A stretch of DNA of 48,524 nucleotides from Solobacterium sp. GTDB taxonomy: Bacteria > Bacillota_I > Bacilli_A > Erysipelotrichales > Erysipelotrichaceae. The stretch is from positions 1 to 48,524 of the forward strand of contig JAFWEA010000100.1 in the NCBI GenBank assembly GCA_017543005.1, written 5' to 3'. The position numbers and the translations under genes are program-made. Below the pieces are notes generated by a model that saw only the letters and a list, made by a program, of their open reading frames with translations, had not been told where the DNA came from and ran no database searches. Positions 36,716-45,534 of the stretch are shown in pieces. Every line of letters starts with the position of its first letter. Within the stretch, counting starts at the first letter, position 1.

Positions 36716-37288
36716 ATGAAGAGAGGTTTACTGATTGTCATCAGCGGCCCGTCCGGCGTCGGCAAGGGCACGGTGCTGAAAGAATTTATCAATGACCCTG
36801 AACTGAAACTTGCGTATTCTGTCTCCATGACCACCCGGGCCATGCGGCCGGGGGAAGTGGACGGCGTCAATTACCACTTTGTCACCCGTGAGGAGTTCGA
36901 GCGGGCCCGGGAGAACGGGGAACTGCTGGAATCGGCCGAGTTTGTCGGCAACTGCTACGGCACCCCGCTCAAAGGCGTGGAGCAGCTGCGGGATGAAGGC
37001 AAGAATGTGCTGCTGGAAATCGAGGTCGAAGGCTGCCGGCAGGTATGCGAGAAATGTCCGGATGCCGTTACGATCTTCATTGTGCCGCCCAGCATGGATG
37101 AACTGGAACGGCGGATCCGCGGCCGCAGCACCGAACCTGAGGAAATCGTGCAGCAGCGGCTGGCCAAGGCGGCCCGTGAGCTGACCATGGTCGGGCAGTA
37201 CAAATACGTGGTCTGCAACGACGATGTCAAGCTGGCAGCGGACATCATCCGGGTAATTATCAAGAGACATATGGAACTGGACGCATAA
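36716..37288 (+). CDS. gmk: Guanylate kinase
   Basis: ATG 36716 after GGAGG; SGPSGVGKGT, SMTTRAMRPGEVDGVNYHF and YGTP. Confidence 0.97.
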   Translation: MKRGLLIVISGPSGVGKGTVLKEFINDPELKLAYSVSMTTRAMRPGEVDGVNYHFVTREEFERARENGELLESAEFVGNCYGTPLKGVEQLRDEGKNVLLEIEVEGCRQVCEKCPDAVTIFIVPPSMDELERRIRGRSTEPEEIVQQRLAKAARELTMVGQYKYVVCNDDVKLAADIIRVIIKRHMELDA

Positions 37289-37338
37289 TCCGGTTCTTTT
37301 TTGTACTATAATAATTTCATAAAAGGGAGGGGAATCAC

Positions 37339-37758
37339 ATGGAACAAATCGTCAGTATCGATAAGGCCAAGGAAGTCATCGACGGCGGTATTGATCAGGC
37401 CCAGGAAATCATCAAGAATAATGCCGAACTGAATGAACTGATAACCAAGGTGCAGACAACCGTCAAGAACACCCCGGTGCTCGGGGATGCAGTGGCGGAT
37501 CTGCCGGTCATGGTATCGATGGTCAGAAGCTATGCCACCAAGGAATACACGGTTGTATCACCGAAAGTGATCGCCGCGCTGGTCAGCACATTCCTGTATC
37601 TGGTCAAGCGGAAGGATCTGATTCCGGACAGCATCCCGATCCTCGGTCATCTGGATGACATTGCCATTGCGGCTGTCGCCCTGAAGCTGAGCGAACCGGA
37701 ACTGAAGGCATACCGCGAATGGGCGGAAGCCAAAGAAGCAGCCCCAAAGGCTGAATAA
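37339..37758 (+). CDS. YkvA/DUF1232 family protein
   Basis: YLVKRKDLIPDSIPILGHLDD motif; GGGAGG SD. Confidence 0.85.
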   Translation: MEQIVSIDKAKEVIDGGIDQAQEIIKNNAELNELITKVQTTVKNTPVLGDAVADLPVMVSMVRSYATKEYTVVSPKVIAALVSTFLYLVKRKDLIPDSIPILGHLDDIAIAAVALKLSEPELKAYREWAEAKEAAPKAE

Positions 37759-37785
37759 GCATAATCAGAAAGAGGATGGAAAATA

Positions 37786-38526
37786 ATGAGAAAACCGATC
37801 ATTGCTGTTACACCTGAGAAGGTGGTGGATGATCTTCCGGTCTTCGGAAAAATGACAACGGTAGGGTCCGGCCTTTACGGGCTGAACTGGCTGCAGCGCA
37901 ACGGTGCGATTCCGGTTATTCCGGATTTCCTGAGCGATGCGGATGCCGATGAATTCATTCAGACTGTTGACGGTCTGTTCATGACCGGCGGTGCCGATGT
38001 GACACCGGCCCTGTATGGCGAAGAGAAGCTGCCGTGCTGCGGTGACACCGAGCCGGACCGTGACGCTTCCGACCTGGCCCTGATGAAGGCTGCCATCAAG
38101 CATAACAAGCCGATTATCATGGTCTGCCGCAGCAGCCAGATCGGCAATGTCTTCTTCGGCGGCACCCTGTACCAGGACATCAAGACCCAGTACGAGACTG
38201 ATATCAACCATCCGTACTATGCTCTGTTCCGGACCGAGAAGAACCATGAGATCGACATCGTGCCGGACAGCCCGCTGGCCAAGATCATGGGCGGAGAGCT
38301 GCGCATCGGCGTCAACTCCACGCATCACCAGGCCGTCAAGGATCCGGGCAACGGGGTTATCGTCCAGGCCCGTGCCACCGACGGCATCGTCGAGAGCTGG
38401 TATGTGGACAACGGCGTCAACTACATCCGGGCCTACCAGTGGCATCCGGAGATCCAGATTCCCAACAAGCACGAACAGGCAATCATCGATGATTTCCTGA
38501 AGGCTGTCCGGGAAAGAATGAAGTAA
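37786..38526 (+). CDS. Peptidase C26 / gamma-glutamyl-GABA hydrolase family, variant nucleophile motif
   Basis: KPIIAVT, DGLFMTGGADV, VCRSSQ, GGTLYQDI, VNSTHHQAV and QWHPE. Confidence 0.88.
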   Translation: MRKPIIAVTPEKVVDDLPVFGKMTTVGSGLYGLNWLQRNGAIPVIPDFLSDADADEFIQTVDGLFMTGGADVTPALYGEEKLPCCGDTEPDRDASDLALMKAAIKHNKPIIMVCRSSQIGNVFFGGTLYQDIKTQYETDINHPYYALFRTEKNHEIDIVPDSPLAKIMGGELRIGVNSTHHQAVKDPGNGVIVQARATDGIVESWYVDNGVNYIRAYQWHPEIQIPNKHEQAIIDDFLKAVRERMK

Positions 38527-38542
38527 GAACCAGATAAAAACG

Positions 38543-38566
38543 AACACCGGGAAGACCCGGTGTTTT
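38543..38566 (+). terminator. Intrinsic terminator after the C26 gene
   Basis: AACACCGGG-AAGA-CCCGGTGTT-TT. Confidence 0.7.
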
Positions 38567-38575
38567 CAATGATAT

Positions 38576-38604
38576 AAAAAATCAGCCGGAATAACCGGCT
38601 GATT
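38576..38604 (-). terminator. Intrinsic terminator of rpsD
   Basis: AATCAGCCGG-5 nt-CCGGCTGATT with a T-run on the minus strand. Confidence 0.75.
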
Positions 38605-38618
38605 CTCAGTGCCCAGAA

Positions 38619-39221
38619 CTATCTGTTGTAGTATTCAACGATCAGGGATTCGTTAATCTCCTGGTTCAGTTCGCTGCGTTCCGGAACCCGCACATATGTG
38701 CCTTTCTTGTTTTCCTTGTCGACTTCGACAAATGCCGGAGCGGCAATGTTGGATTCCAGGGATTCGGCGATTGCCTTCATGTTGCGTGCTTCTTCACGGA
38801 CAGCAATGACAGCACCCGGCTTGATCTGTGCGGACGGGATGTCCAGCTTCTTGCCGTTTACTTCGATGTGGCCGTGGGTGACAAGCTGGCGGGCAGCCTT
38901 GCGGGTTCTGGCGAAGCCCATGCGGTAGACGATGTTGTCCAGCCGGGATTCGAGCAGGACCAGGAAGTTGTAACCGGCCATGCCTTCCATCTTGGATGCC
39001 TTTTCGAAGGTGTTGTAGAACTGACGTTCATTGATTCCGTACATGTTGCGGACTCTCTGCTTTTCCCGCAGCTGAGTGCCGTAACCGCTGAGCTTGATGC
39101 GCTTTGTCGGGCCATGCTGGCCAGGAGCGTAAGTGCGCTTCTTGAGCTCCTCACCGGTTTCCAGGACAGAGAAGCTCAGACGTCTGGCTTTCTTCCATAC
39201 CGGTCCTGTGTAACGTGCCAT
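38619..39221 (-). CDS. rpsD: 30S ribosomal protein S4
   Basis: MARYTGP, PGQHG, LREKQ, LESRLDN and ARQLVTHGH. Confidence 0.98.
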   Translation of the reverse strand: MARYTGPVWKKARRLSFSVLETGEELKKRTYAPGQHGPTKRIKLSGYGTQLREKQRVRNMYGINERQFYNTFEKASKMEGMAGYNFLVLLESRLDNIVYRMGFARTRKAARQLVTHGHIEVNGKKLDIPSAQIKPGAVIAVREEARNMKAIAESLESNIAAPAFVEVDKENKKGTYVRVPERSELNQEINESLIVEYYNR

Positions 39222-39397
39222 GTTTTGTTTCCTCCTTGTTTACATGAACGGCTGAGAAACAATAACAGGTGCAGATCATCGATGCAGGGTGTTGCTATAG
39301 GGCCGGTTCGCTTATTGCAGCAAGTTACTGCGGCTGCAGGATTGCTCCTGTTAGCAACGCCTGGTGCATGACTCTGCATGCTGCCATCATTTGACGC
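39222..39397 (-). ncRNA. Putative S4 autoregulatory leader (Firmicutes type)
   Basis: About 175-nt structured 5' UTR between the promoter and rpsD, with a GCAGUAACUUGCUGC element; stand-alone rpsD as in Bacillus. Confidence 0.55.
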
Positions 39398-39403
39398 TTG
39401 ATT

Positions 39404-39432
39404 ACTATAACAAAACGCCTTATTAAAGTCAA
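39404..39432 (-). promoter_or_regulatory. Sigma-A promoter of rpsD
   Basis: TTGACT-17 bp-TATAGT with extended TG. Confidence 0.75.
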
Positions 39433-39499
39433 TTGAAAACAGTGTCAAGGTACAAGGTTTATGGTACAATAATTCCGCATAAGTCTGAGAGGGATCGTC

Positions 39500-41230
39500 A
39501 TGGAGAATGTCTTGAAAATACTGTCTGATATCCGGGTGATTATTTTCATTGCGGTTATTATAGTTCTGCTTCTGGTCTGGTTTCTGATCCAGCGGGGCAA
39601 GTCCGGCAGTTACCGCCGGCAGCTTGAAGCACTGGAAGTTCGTTATAATTCCCTGAAAAGCGAGCCGCTGTCTTTCAAACTGAACAAGGCAGACGCCATC
39701 AGCCGCATTGATCCGGAAGTCAGGGAGAAAATCATTCAGACAAAGGACGATTTCGAAAAGGCCCAGGCCAATCTGAAGCAGATCGGCCAGGCCCTGGCAG
39801 ATACCGAAGATGAAATCCTGGTCGGCAAGCTGAAGGAAGCCAAGCAGGATCTGGAAGATCTGGAAGCCAGTGTGAGCCTCGGCGAAGTGCAGGTCGGCAA
39901 ACTGAAGAGCTTCCTCGACAGCATTCTCGAAAAGGAAACAGAGCAGCGGGAAAGAGTCAACGAACAGAAGGCCAGATTCCGCGCGCTGAAGGAAGAAGCC
40001 CAGAACAACAGTTCGCAGCTTTCCTATATCTGGCCGACGGTCGAACAGCTGACTTCGGAAAGCGAACGGATGTTCTCCTCTTACGAAGAATGGAGTTATG
40101 CCAATGATTTTGAGAAGGCAAGTGCCCAGCTGGACGAAATCGACGGCGCCCTGAACCACATGGATGCCATGATCCACTCGCTGCCGGAGCTGCTCAGTGA
40201 AGCCCGCGGCGTCGTTCCGGGCATGATCGAGGCAGTGCGCAATGACAGCACCGAGGCCAAGAACCGCGGTGTCTATCTCGATCATCTGCACATTGAAAAC
40301 AACCTGACGCTGATTACCGGCGGTCTCAAGGATGACCTGTCCCGGCTCAAGAGCGGTGATACTTCCGACGTGGAAGCTCATATGCGGGATTACAAGCAGC
40401 GCCTGATGCAGCTGGCGGAAGAAGTCCGCCGCGAATCGGACAGCTTTGCCGAACTGAAGACCCTGCAGGAAGAAAGCGACCGTTCCATCAAGGACTGCAC
40501 AAGGGATATCGAATATATCAGGGACAAGTATGCCCGGATTTCCTCCCGGTTCGGTCTGTCCGGCATGAATGAGAGAATTGCCGAACAGGCAAAGAATCTG
40601 CAGGAAGTGATTGAATCCCGGCCTGATTTCGACAAGAAGATCGACAACATGGAAATTCCGGCCTCCGGACTTGTTGTGGCAGTCAGGGAACTGAATGCCC
40701 GTCTGGGTCAGTGTGAAAGCGATATCCGGGCAATGAAGTCCGAGATCGACGGCGTCAGTGATGATGAAGACAGAGCCAAGAAACAGCTGCTGAAACTGCA
40801 GGTCATCATGAACCAGATGCAGGTCAAGATCCGCAAGTACAAGCTGCCGTCCATCTCCGAGCAGTATGAAGAGGATATGGAGAAGGCAGACAAGTACATC
40901 GGCTCTCTGGAAAAGCTGTTGGAGGAAAACCCGCTCAACATTCAGGAACTCAATACCACCCTGAAGGAAGCGATTGACTTCATTTACAAGCTCTACAACA
41001 ACGTCAACAACATGGTCGCAACCGTCATCATGGTGGAGAATACCATCGTCTTCGGCAACCGGTACCGGTCCACCTATGCGGACATCGATTCCGAACTGAC
41101 CCGTTCGGAACTGAGCTTCCGCAATGGCGAGTATACCCAGGCGCTGACGATTGCCATCGCGACAATCGAGAAGATCCACCCGGGGAACTACGAAAATATG
41201 ATCAAGGAGAATGCCAAGAGTGCAGCCTAG
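39500..41230 (+). CDS. ezrA: Septation ring formation regulator EzrA
   Basis: N-terminal TM helix, long helical spectrin-like body, C-terminal FGNRYR (QNR patch); rpsD-ezrA-desulfurase-thiI synteny. Confidence 0.9.
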   Translation: MENVLKILSDIRVIIFIAVIIVLLLVWFLIQRGKSGSYRRQLEALEVRYNSLKSEPLSFKLNKADAISRIDPEVREKIIQTKDDFEKAQANLKQIGQALADTEDEILVGKLKEAKQDLEDLEASVSLGEVQVGKLKSFLDSILEKETEQRERVNEQKARFRALKEEAQNNSSQLSYIWPTVEQLTSESERMFSSYEEWSYANDFEKASAQLDEIDGALNHMDAMIHSLPELLSEARGVVPGMIEAVRNDSTEAKNRGVYLDHLHIENNLTLITGGLKDDLSRLKSGDTSDVEAHMRDYKQRLMQLAEEVRRESDSFAELKTLQEESDRSIKDCTRDIEYIRDKYARISSRFGLSGMNERIAEQAKNLQEVIESRPDFDKKIDNMEIPASGLVVAVRELNARLGQCESDIRAMKSEIDGVSDDEDRAKKQLLKLQVIMNQMQVKIRKYKLPSISEQYEEDMEKADKYIGSLEKLLEENPLNIQELNTTLKEAIDFIYKLYNNVNNMVATVIMVENTIVFGNRYRSTYADIDSELTRSELSFRNGEYTQALTIAIATIEKIHPGNYENMIKENAKSAA

Positions 41231-42356
41231 AGTATATTTTGACAATGCCAGTACAACCAGAATTCATCCCGATGTACTGAAAACATACGAGCAGCTGCTG
41301 GAGAAATACTTTGTCAACAGCGAGTCCCTTTACTCCGAAGGCTCGGAAATCAGTCGAATGCTTGAAAAAGCCCGGTTATCCATTGCTGGGCTTTTAGGTG
41401 TTCAGGCGGAAGACATCATGTTTACCAGCGGCTCCAGCGAATCCAATTCCGCCGCCATCAAGGGAGTGGCGCTGGCCATGCCGGAAAAGAAGCACATCAT
41501 CACGACCCAGGTGGAGCACTCCAGCATCCTGGGGGCCTGCCGGCAGATGGAAAGACTGTTCGGCTGCCGCGTTACTTATCTGCCGGTCACCCCGGCCGGT
41601 ACGGTGGCTGTGGAGGACCTGGTGAAGGCGCTGGATGATGATACGTGCCTGGTCTCGGTGATGCATGTGAACAATGAAACCGGGGCGATCAACCCGATCA
41701 ATGAAATCGGCAGGATTGTCAGAACCAGATCACATGCCTATATGCATGCGGATCTGACCCAGTCCATGGGCAAGATCCCGGTGGATCTCACCGATATCGA
41801 CCTGGCTTCCATATCGGCCCACAAACTGGAAGGCCTCAAGGGCAGCGGCCTGCTCGTCAAGCGGAAGCACGTGCCCTTTGAACCGCTGATCAACGGCGGT
41901 GAACAGGAACAGGGCCAGCGGGGCGGCACCAGCAATGCCTTTGCGAATATGGTGTTTGCCAAGACCCTGCGGCTGGCGCTGGAAAACGAAGCAGCCCACC
42001 GCGAACACATTCATGAACTGCATGAACGCATGCTGAAGGGGCTCAGGGAGATCGACGGCGTCGAGATCAACAGTCCGGAGAATGCCCTGGACTGCATCAT
42101 CAATTTCTCCTATGAAGCCATCCCGAGCGAAGTCATGCAGAATGCCCTGAACAGCCGGGGCTTCATGGTCAGTGCCCGCAGCACCTGCGAGAGCAAGTCT
42201 GCCAATACAAGCTATGTCCTGAAAGCCATGGGCTTCAGTGACCGCCGCGCATCCAGCTGTATCCGGGTCTGCTTCTCATACCTCAATACGACAGCGGAAG
42301 TGGATGCGTTTCTCAAGGAACTGAAGGAGATCACAAAACGTTATGGGAAGATATGA
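41211..42356 (+). CDS. Cysteine desulfurase (NifZ/IscS-like, ThiI partner)
   Basis: YFDNASTT, FTSGSSESN, HVNNETG, SAHKLEG, RGGT and SARSTC; upstream of thiI. Confidence 0.9.
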   Translation: MPRVQPRVYFDNASTTRIHPDVLKTYEQLLEKYFVNSESLYSEGSEISRMLEKARLSIAGLLGVQAEDIMFTSGSSESNSAAIKGVALAMPEKKHIITTQVEHSSILGACRQMERLFGCRVTYLPVTPAGTVAVEDLVKALDDDTCLVSVMHVNNETGAINPINEIGRIVRTRSHAYMHADLTQSMGKIPVDLTDIDLASISAHKLEGLKGSGLLVKRKHVPFEPLINGGEQEQGQRGGTSNAFANMVFAKTLRLALENEAAHREHIHELHERMLKGLREIDGVEINSPENALDCIINFSYEAIPSEVMQNALNSRGFMVSARSTCESKSANTSYVLKAMGFSDRRASSCIRVCFSYLNTTAEVDAFLKELKEITKRYGKI

Positions 42357-43533
42357 TACAGTACTGATCCGGTACGGGGAACTGACCACAAAGGGGAAGA
42401 ACCGCAAGGATTTCATCCGCCGGCTGGATCAGAATATCCGGCGGATCCTGAAGGATTTCCCGGACCTGAAATACCGCCGCACCTATGACCGGATCTATAT
42501 CGAAATGAATGATGAGGACCCGCAGATCATCCGGGAGCGGCTGCAGAAAGTCTACGGCATCAGTTCATTCTCGTTTACGGAATCCGTGCCGTCAGACCTG
42601 GAAGCGATCAAGCAGGCGTGCCTGCAGATTGCCCAGGAAGCAGAAGGGCAGACCTTCAAGGTAAAGGCCCGCCGGCATGACAAGACATTCCCGCTCAACA
42701 GCGACGGCATCAACCGGGCGGTGGCAGCGGAAATCCTGAAGAATACGGACCACAAGGTCGATGTGCACAATCCGGACTTCCTGATCCAGATTGAAGTGCA
42801 TGCGGACAAGACCTATCTCACCTCCGAGAAGATCCCGGGGGCCGGCGGCTATCCGACCGGCATCAACGGCAAGTGCCTGGTCATGCTGTCCGGCGGCATC
42901 GATTCCCCGGTGGCCGTGGCCCAGATCATGAAGCGCGGCATTGAAGTGGAAGCGGTGCATTTTGCCTCGCCGCCGTATACATCCGAAAACGCGAGACAGA
43001 AGGTGCTGGACCTGGCAAGCATGCTCAGTGTTTTCCAGGGCCGTCTGAAAGTGCATGTCGTCAACTTCACCGACCTGCAGCTGGCCATTTACCAGCATGC
43101 CGGAGATCCCTATGCCGTTACGCTGATGCGGCGCATGATGTTCCGGATTGCCGAACGGATTGCGAAGGAGCAGGGGTGCCTGGTCATCGGGACGGGTGAG
43201 AGCGTCGGTCAGGTGGCCTCCCAGACCCTGGAAAGCATCGCCTGCATCAACGCGGTCGTAAATACCCCGATCCTGCGGCCGCTGGCCTGCATGGATAAGG
43301 TAGAGATCATCAACATGGCAAGACACCTGGGAACCTATGAAACATCCATCCTGCCGTTTGAGGACTGCTGCACGATCTTTGATCCGAAGAATCCGGTCAC
43401 AAAGCCGACCACGGAGAAGGCGGAGAAGCTGGAAGCCCGGTTCGACTGGCAGACCATGGTGGATGCCTGTGTCCGTGACCGCGAAACCATTACCGTTTCC
43501 TATGAAGATGAAAAACAGGAAGATTTCCTGTAA
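42343..43533 (+). CDS. thiI: tRNA 4-thiouridine synthase ThiI
   Basis: IRYGELTTKGKNR, THUMP domain, SGGIDSPVA, GQVASQT and PFEDCC. Confidence 0.96.
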   Translation: MGRYDTVLIRYGELTTKGKNRKDFIRRLDQNIRRILKDFPDLKYRRTYDRIYIEMNDEDPQIIRERLQKVYGISSFSFTESVPSDLEAIKQACLQIAQEAEGQTFKVKARRHDKTFPLNSDGINRAVAAEILKNTDHKVDVHNPDFLIQIEVHADKTYLTSEKIPGAGGYPTGINGKCLVMLSGGIDSPVAVAQIMKRGIEVEAVHFASPPYTSENARQKVLDLASMLSVFQGRLKVHVVNFTDLQLAIYQHAGDPYAVTLMRRMMFRIAERIAKEQGCLVIGTGESVGQVASQTLESIACINAVVNTPILRPLACMDKVEIINMARHLGTYETSILPFEDCCTIFDPKNPVTKPTTEKAEKLEARFDWQTMVDACVRDRETITVSYEDEKQEDFL

Positions 43534-43544
43534 GGGAGAAGAAT

Positions 43545-43796
43545 ATGGGATTATTTTCCAAACGACACAATAACGGCGTTGCCGAGCAGTTTGAGCAGAT
43601 TTTCAAGGCCGGTGAGAAAATGAGCGAACAGGAATTCCTGGATCATCTGAATGTGATTGTGCGGGCGGTGGAAATCGACCGGACCTACTCAACCAATCAG
43701 AAGCTGAAGATCTACGAACTGCTGTCACAGATCAGCAACTGTTCTGCCGCTGACCGGCATAAATACGCAAAGAAACTGGTCAAGGCACTGCGTTAA
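43545..43796 (+). CDS. Small hypothetical helical protein
   Basis: AAGGGAG SD; 83 aa starting MGLFS; followed by a terminator. Confidence 0.7.
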   Translation: MGLFSKRHNNGVAEQFEQIFKAGEKMSEQEFLDHLNVIVRAVEIDRTYSTNQKLKIYELLSQISNCSAADRHKYAKKLVKALR

Positions 43797-43826
43797 AAAA
43801 TAAGTCATCCCGCGGGATGACTTTTT
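43796..43826. terminator. Bidirectional terminator
   Basis: A-run, AAGTCATCC-CGCG-GGATGACTT, TTT. Confidence 0.8.
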
Positions 43827-44698
43827 CATTGGCCTGATTCCGTCAGGACTTTATGCTCGAGCCGGTAAAGCACGACTTCGGCATTGCTGAGGAAGCGTAC
43901 ATCCCGACCGGTGGTGCCGGTGCCGGAGGAGATATCCAGCGTGAAGGTGCCGTTTACGGTATATTTGCCGCGGAAGTAGATATCCGTCATTGCCGGTTTA
44001 TACAGCGAATTGAAGAACCAGTAGACCTGTCCGCCAAGGCTGTGCCCGGCCAGGAAATACTTGGTGATATCCGAGGGGACGACGGCAGCGGTATCCGGGG
44101 TATGACAGACCGTGATGGCATAGGCTGTACGGGGCACGTTGGCATAGGCGGCGGAAACATCCTGATAGACATTGATGCCGTTGCCCAGACCCACCAGTGC
44201 CACCGATTCCGAACCGGTGTTGCGCAGCTTGACACTGGCATTGGTCAGGATTTCAAAGTCGGCTTCGTACAGGATTTCCGCGGTGGCGGTGGTTTTCTCC
44301 TTGCTGAGGCAGTCGTTGTCCCCGTATACGGCAAATTTGCCCAGTGGGGCATTGATTGCCGTAAGGTTTTCCGTCAGCGCCTGCCGGGCCGAAGCACTGA
44401 TCGTTTTAACCGAGCTGTCGGTCAGATCGCCGCCGAAGACAACCACGTCGGGGGCCAGACCGTTGATCGTGTCAACCAGCTTCTGAAGGCGGGCTTCATC
44501 CATGTACGTGCCATAATCCAGATCCGTAAAGAAGAGGATGCTGACATCATCCATCTGGCCCGGAATATAGACGGAAGAAAGCGTCTCATAGCGGATATTG
44601 AAGCGGGAAGGGGCAGAATAAAAAGCGTCTGCGGCCATGATCCCGGCCGACAGCAGCAGCACCCCCAGCACAATCAGTATTTTTTTCCAGATCTTCAT
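43826..44698 (-). CDS. Membrane-anchored YkuE-like metallophosphoesterase with altered active site
   Basis: MKIWKKILIVLG TM anchor; TDLDYG, GGDLTD, VYGDND, CHTPD, LAGHSLGGQV and SSGTGTT..VRF. Confidence 0.82.
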   Translation of the reverse strand: MKIWKKILIVLGVLLLSAGIMAADAFYSAPSRFNIRYETLSSVYIPGQMDDVSILFFTDLDYGTYMDEARLQKLVDTINGLAPDVVVFGGDLTDSSVKTISASARQALTENLTAINAPLGKFAVYGDNDCLSKEKTTATAEILYEADFEILTNASVKLRNTGSESVALVGLGNGINVYQDVSAAYANVPRTAYAITVCHTPDTAAVVPSDITKYFLAGHSLGGQVYWFFNSLYKPAMTDIYFRGKYTVNGTFTLDISSGTGTTGRDVRFLSNAEVVLYRLEHKVLTESGQ

Positions 44699-44766
44699 AC
44701 AATTTCGGTTTGGTTCTGTATAATGATAGCATAACAGGGTGATGATCACCCGGAGATTTCAATACG

Positions 44767-45534
44767 ATGCTGGCAAATACATTTCTGATTTCGTTTTCGA
44801 CATTGATGATTGACGGCCGTCCGGCTCCCGGCTCCCGGGAGTTTTTCGCGGCTCTGGTGCGGGAAAGGATCCCGTTTGCCATCCTGACAAACCAATCCCA
44901 GCGCACCCTGCAGGAAATGGCGGATTATCTGGAAGGACGGGGCTTCCGCGGCATCATGCCGTCCATGTTCTATACGACCGTCATGGCCGCGGCCGATGAA
45001 ATCCTGCAGATGTACCCGAAGAAACGTCTGGCCGGCTACCTGGGCGGCAGAGGCATGCGGGAAATCCTGCGGCTGGCCGGTTTTTCCGTTGATCTTGATC
45101 AGGCGGACTGGCTGTTTGTCGGCATGAGCCCGGAGATCTCCGATACAGAATACAGCTATGCCCTGCGGCTGATCGAGCAGGGGGCAGTGATCGTGGAAAC
45201 CGATGCCCGGCGGCTGGTGCGCAGAAAAAAGGAACCATACCCGGGGGCAGGTTCCATTGTCCGTATGCTGGAATATGCGACTTCCACCAGAGCCATGCAT
45301 GCCGACATGCCGGATACCATGCTGATCCGCCATGCCATGCAGTATCTCAACGCACTGAGCGAGCAGACTGTTCTGATTACCTCAGATCTGGACCGGGAGG
45401 TCCGCAGTGCCAATGACTTCGGGATCCGCTCGATCTTCGTTACGGCCGGCATGGATGATTCCTTCGATATGATGGAACATGATGTCCATCCGACCTATGT
45501 GATTGAGACTCTAGAGGGTCTTCTGCGCCGCTGA
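44767..45534 (+). CDS. NagD-like HAD-IIA protein, catalytically degenerate
   Basis: PAPGSREF..IPFAILTNQS..YPGAGSIV..GIRSIFVTAG..PTYVIETL follows the NagD scaffold; the DxD motif is missing. Confidence 0.8.
   Translation: MLANTFLISFSTLMIDGRPAPGSREFFAALVRERIPFAILTNQSQRTLQEMADYLEGRGFRGIMPSMFYTTVMAAADEILQMYPKKRLAGYLGGRGMREILRLAGFSVDLDQADWLFVGMSPEISDTEYSYALRLIEQGAVIVETDARRLVRRKKEPYPGAGSIVRMLEYATSTRAMHADMPDTMLIRHAMQYLNALSEQTVLITSDLDREVRSANDFGIRSIFVTAGMDDSFDMMEHDVHPTYVIETLEGLLRR

Noticed and set aside
39176-41245. 689-aa antisense ORF over ezrA
   Set aside because: Shadow ORF from biased codon usage; no motifs; it crosses the rpsD promoter and leader.
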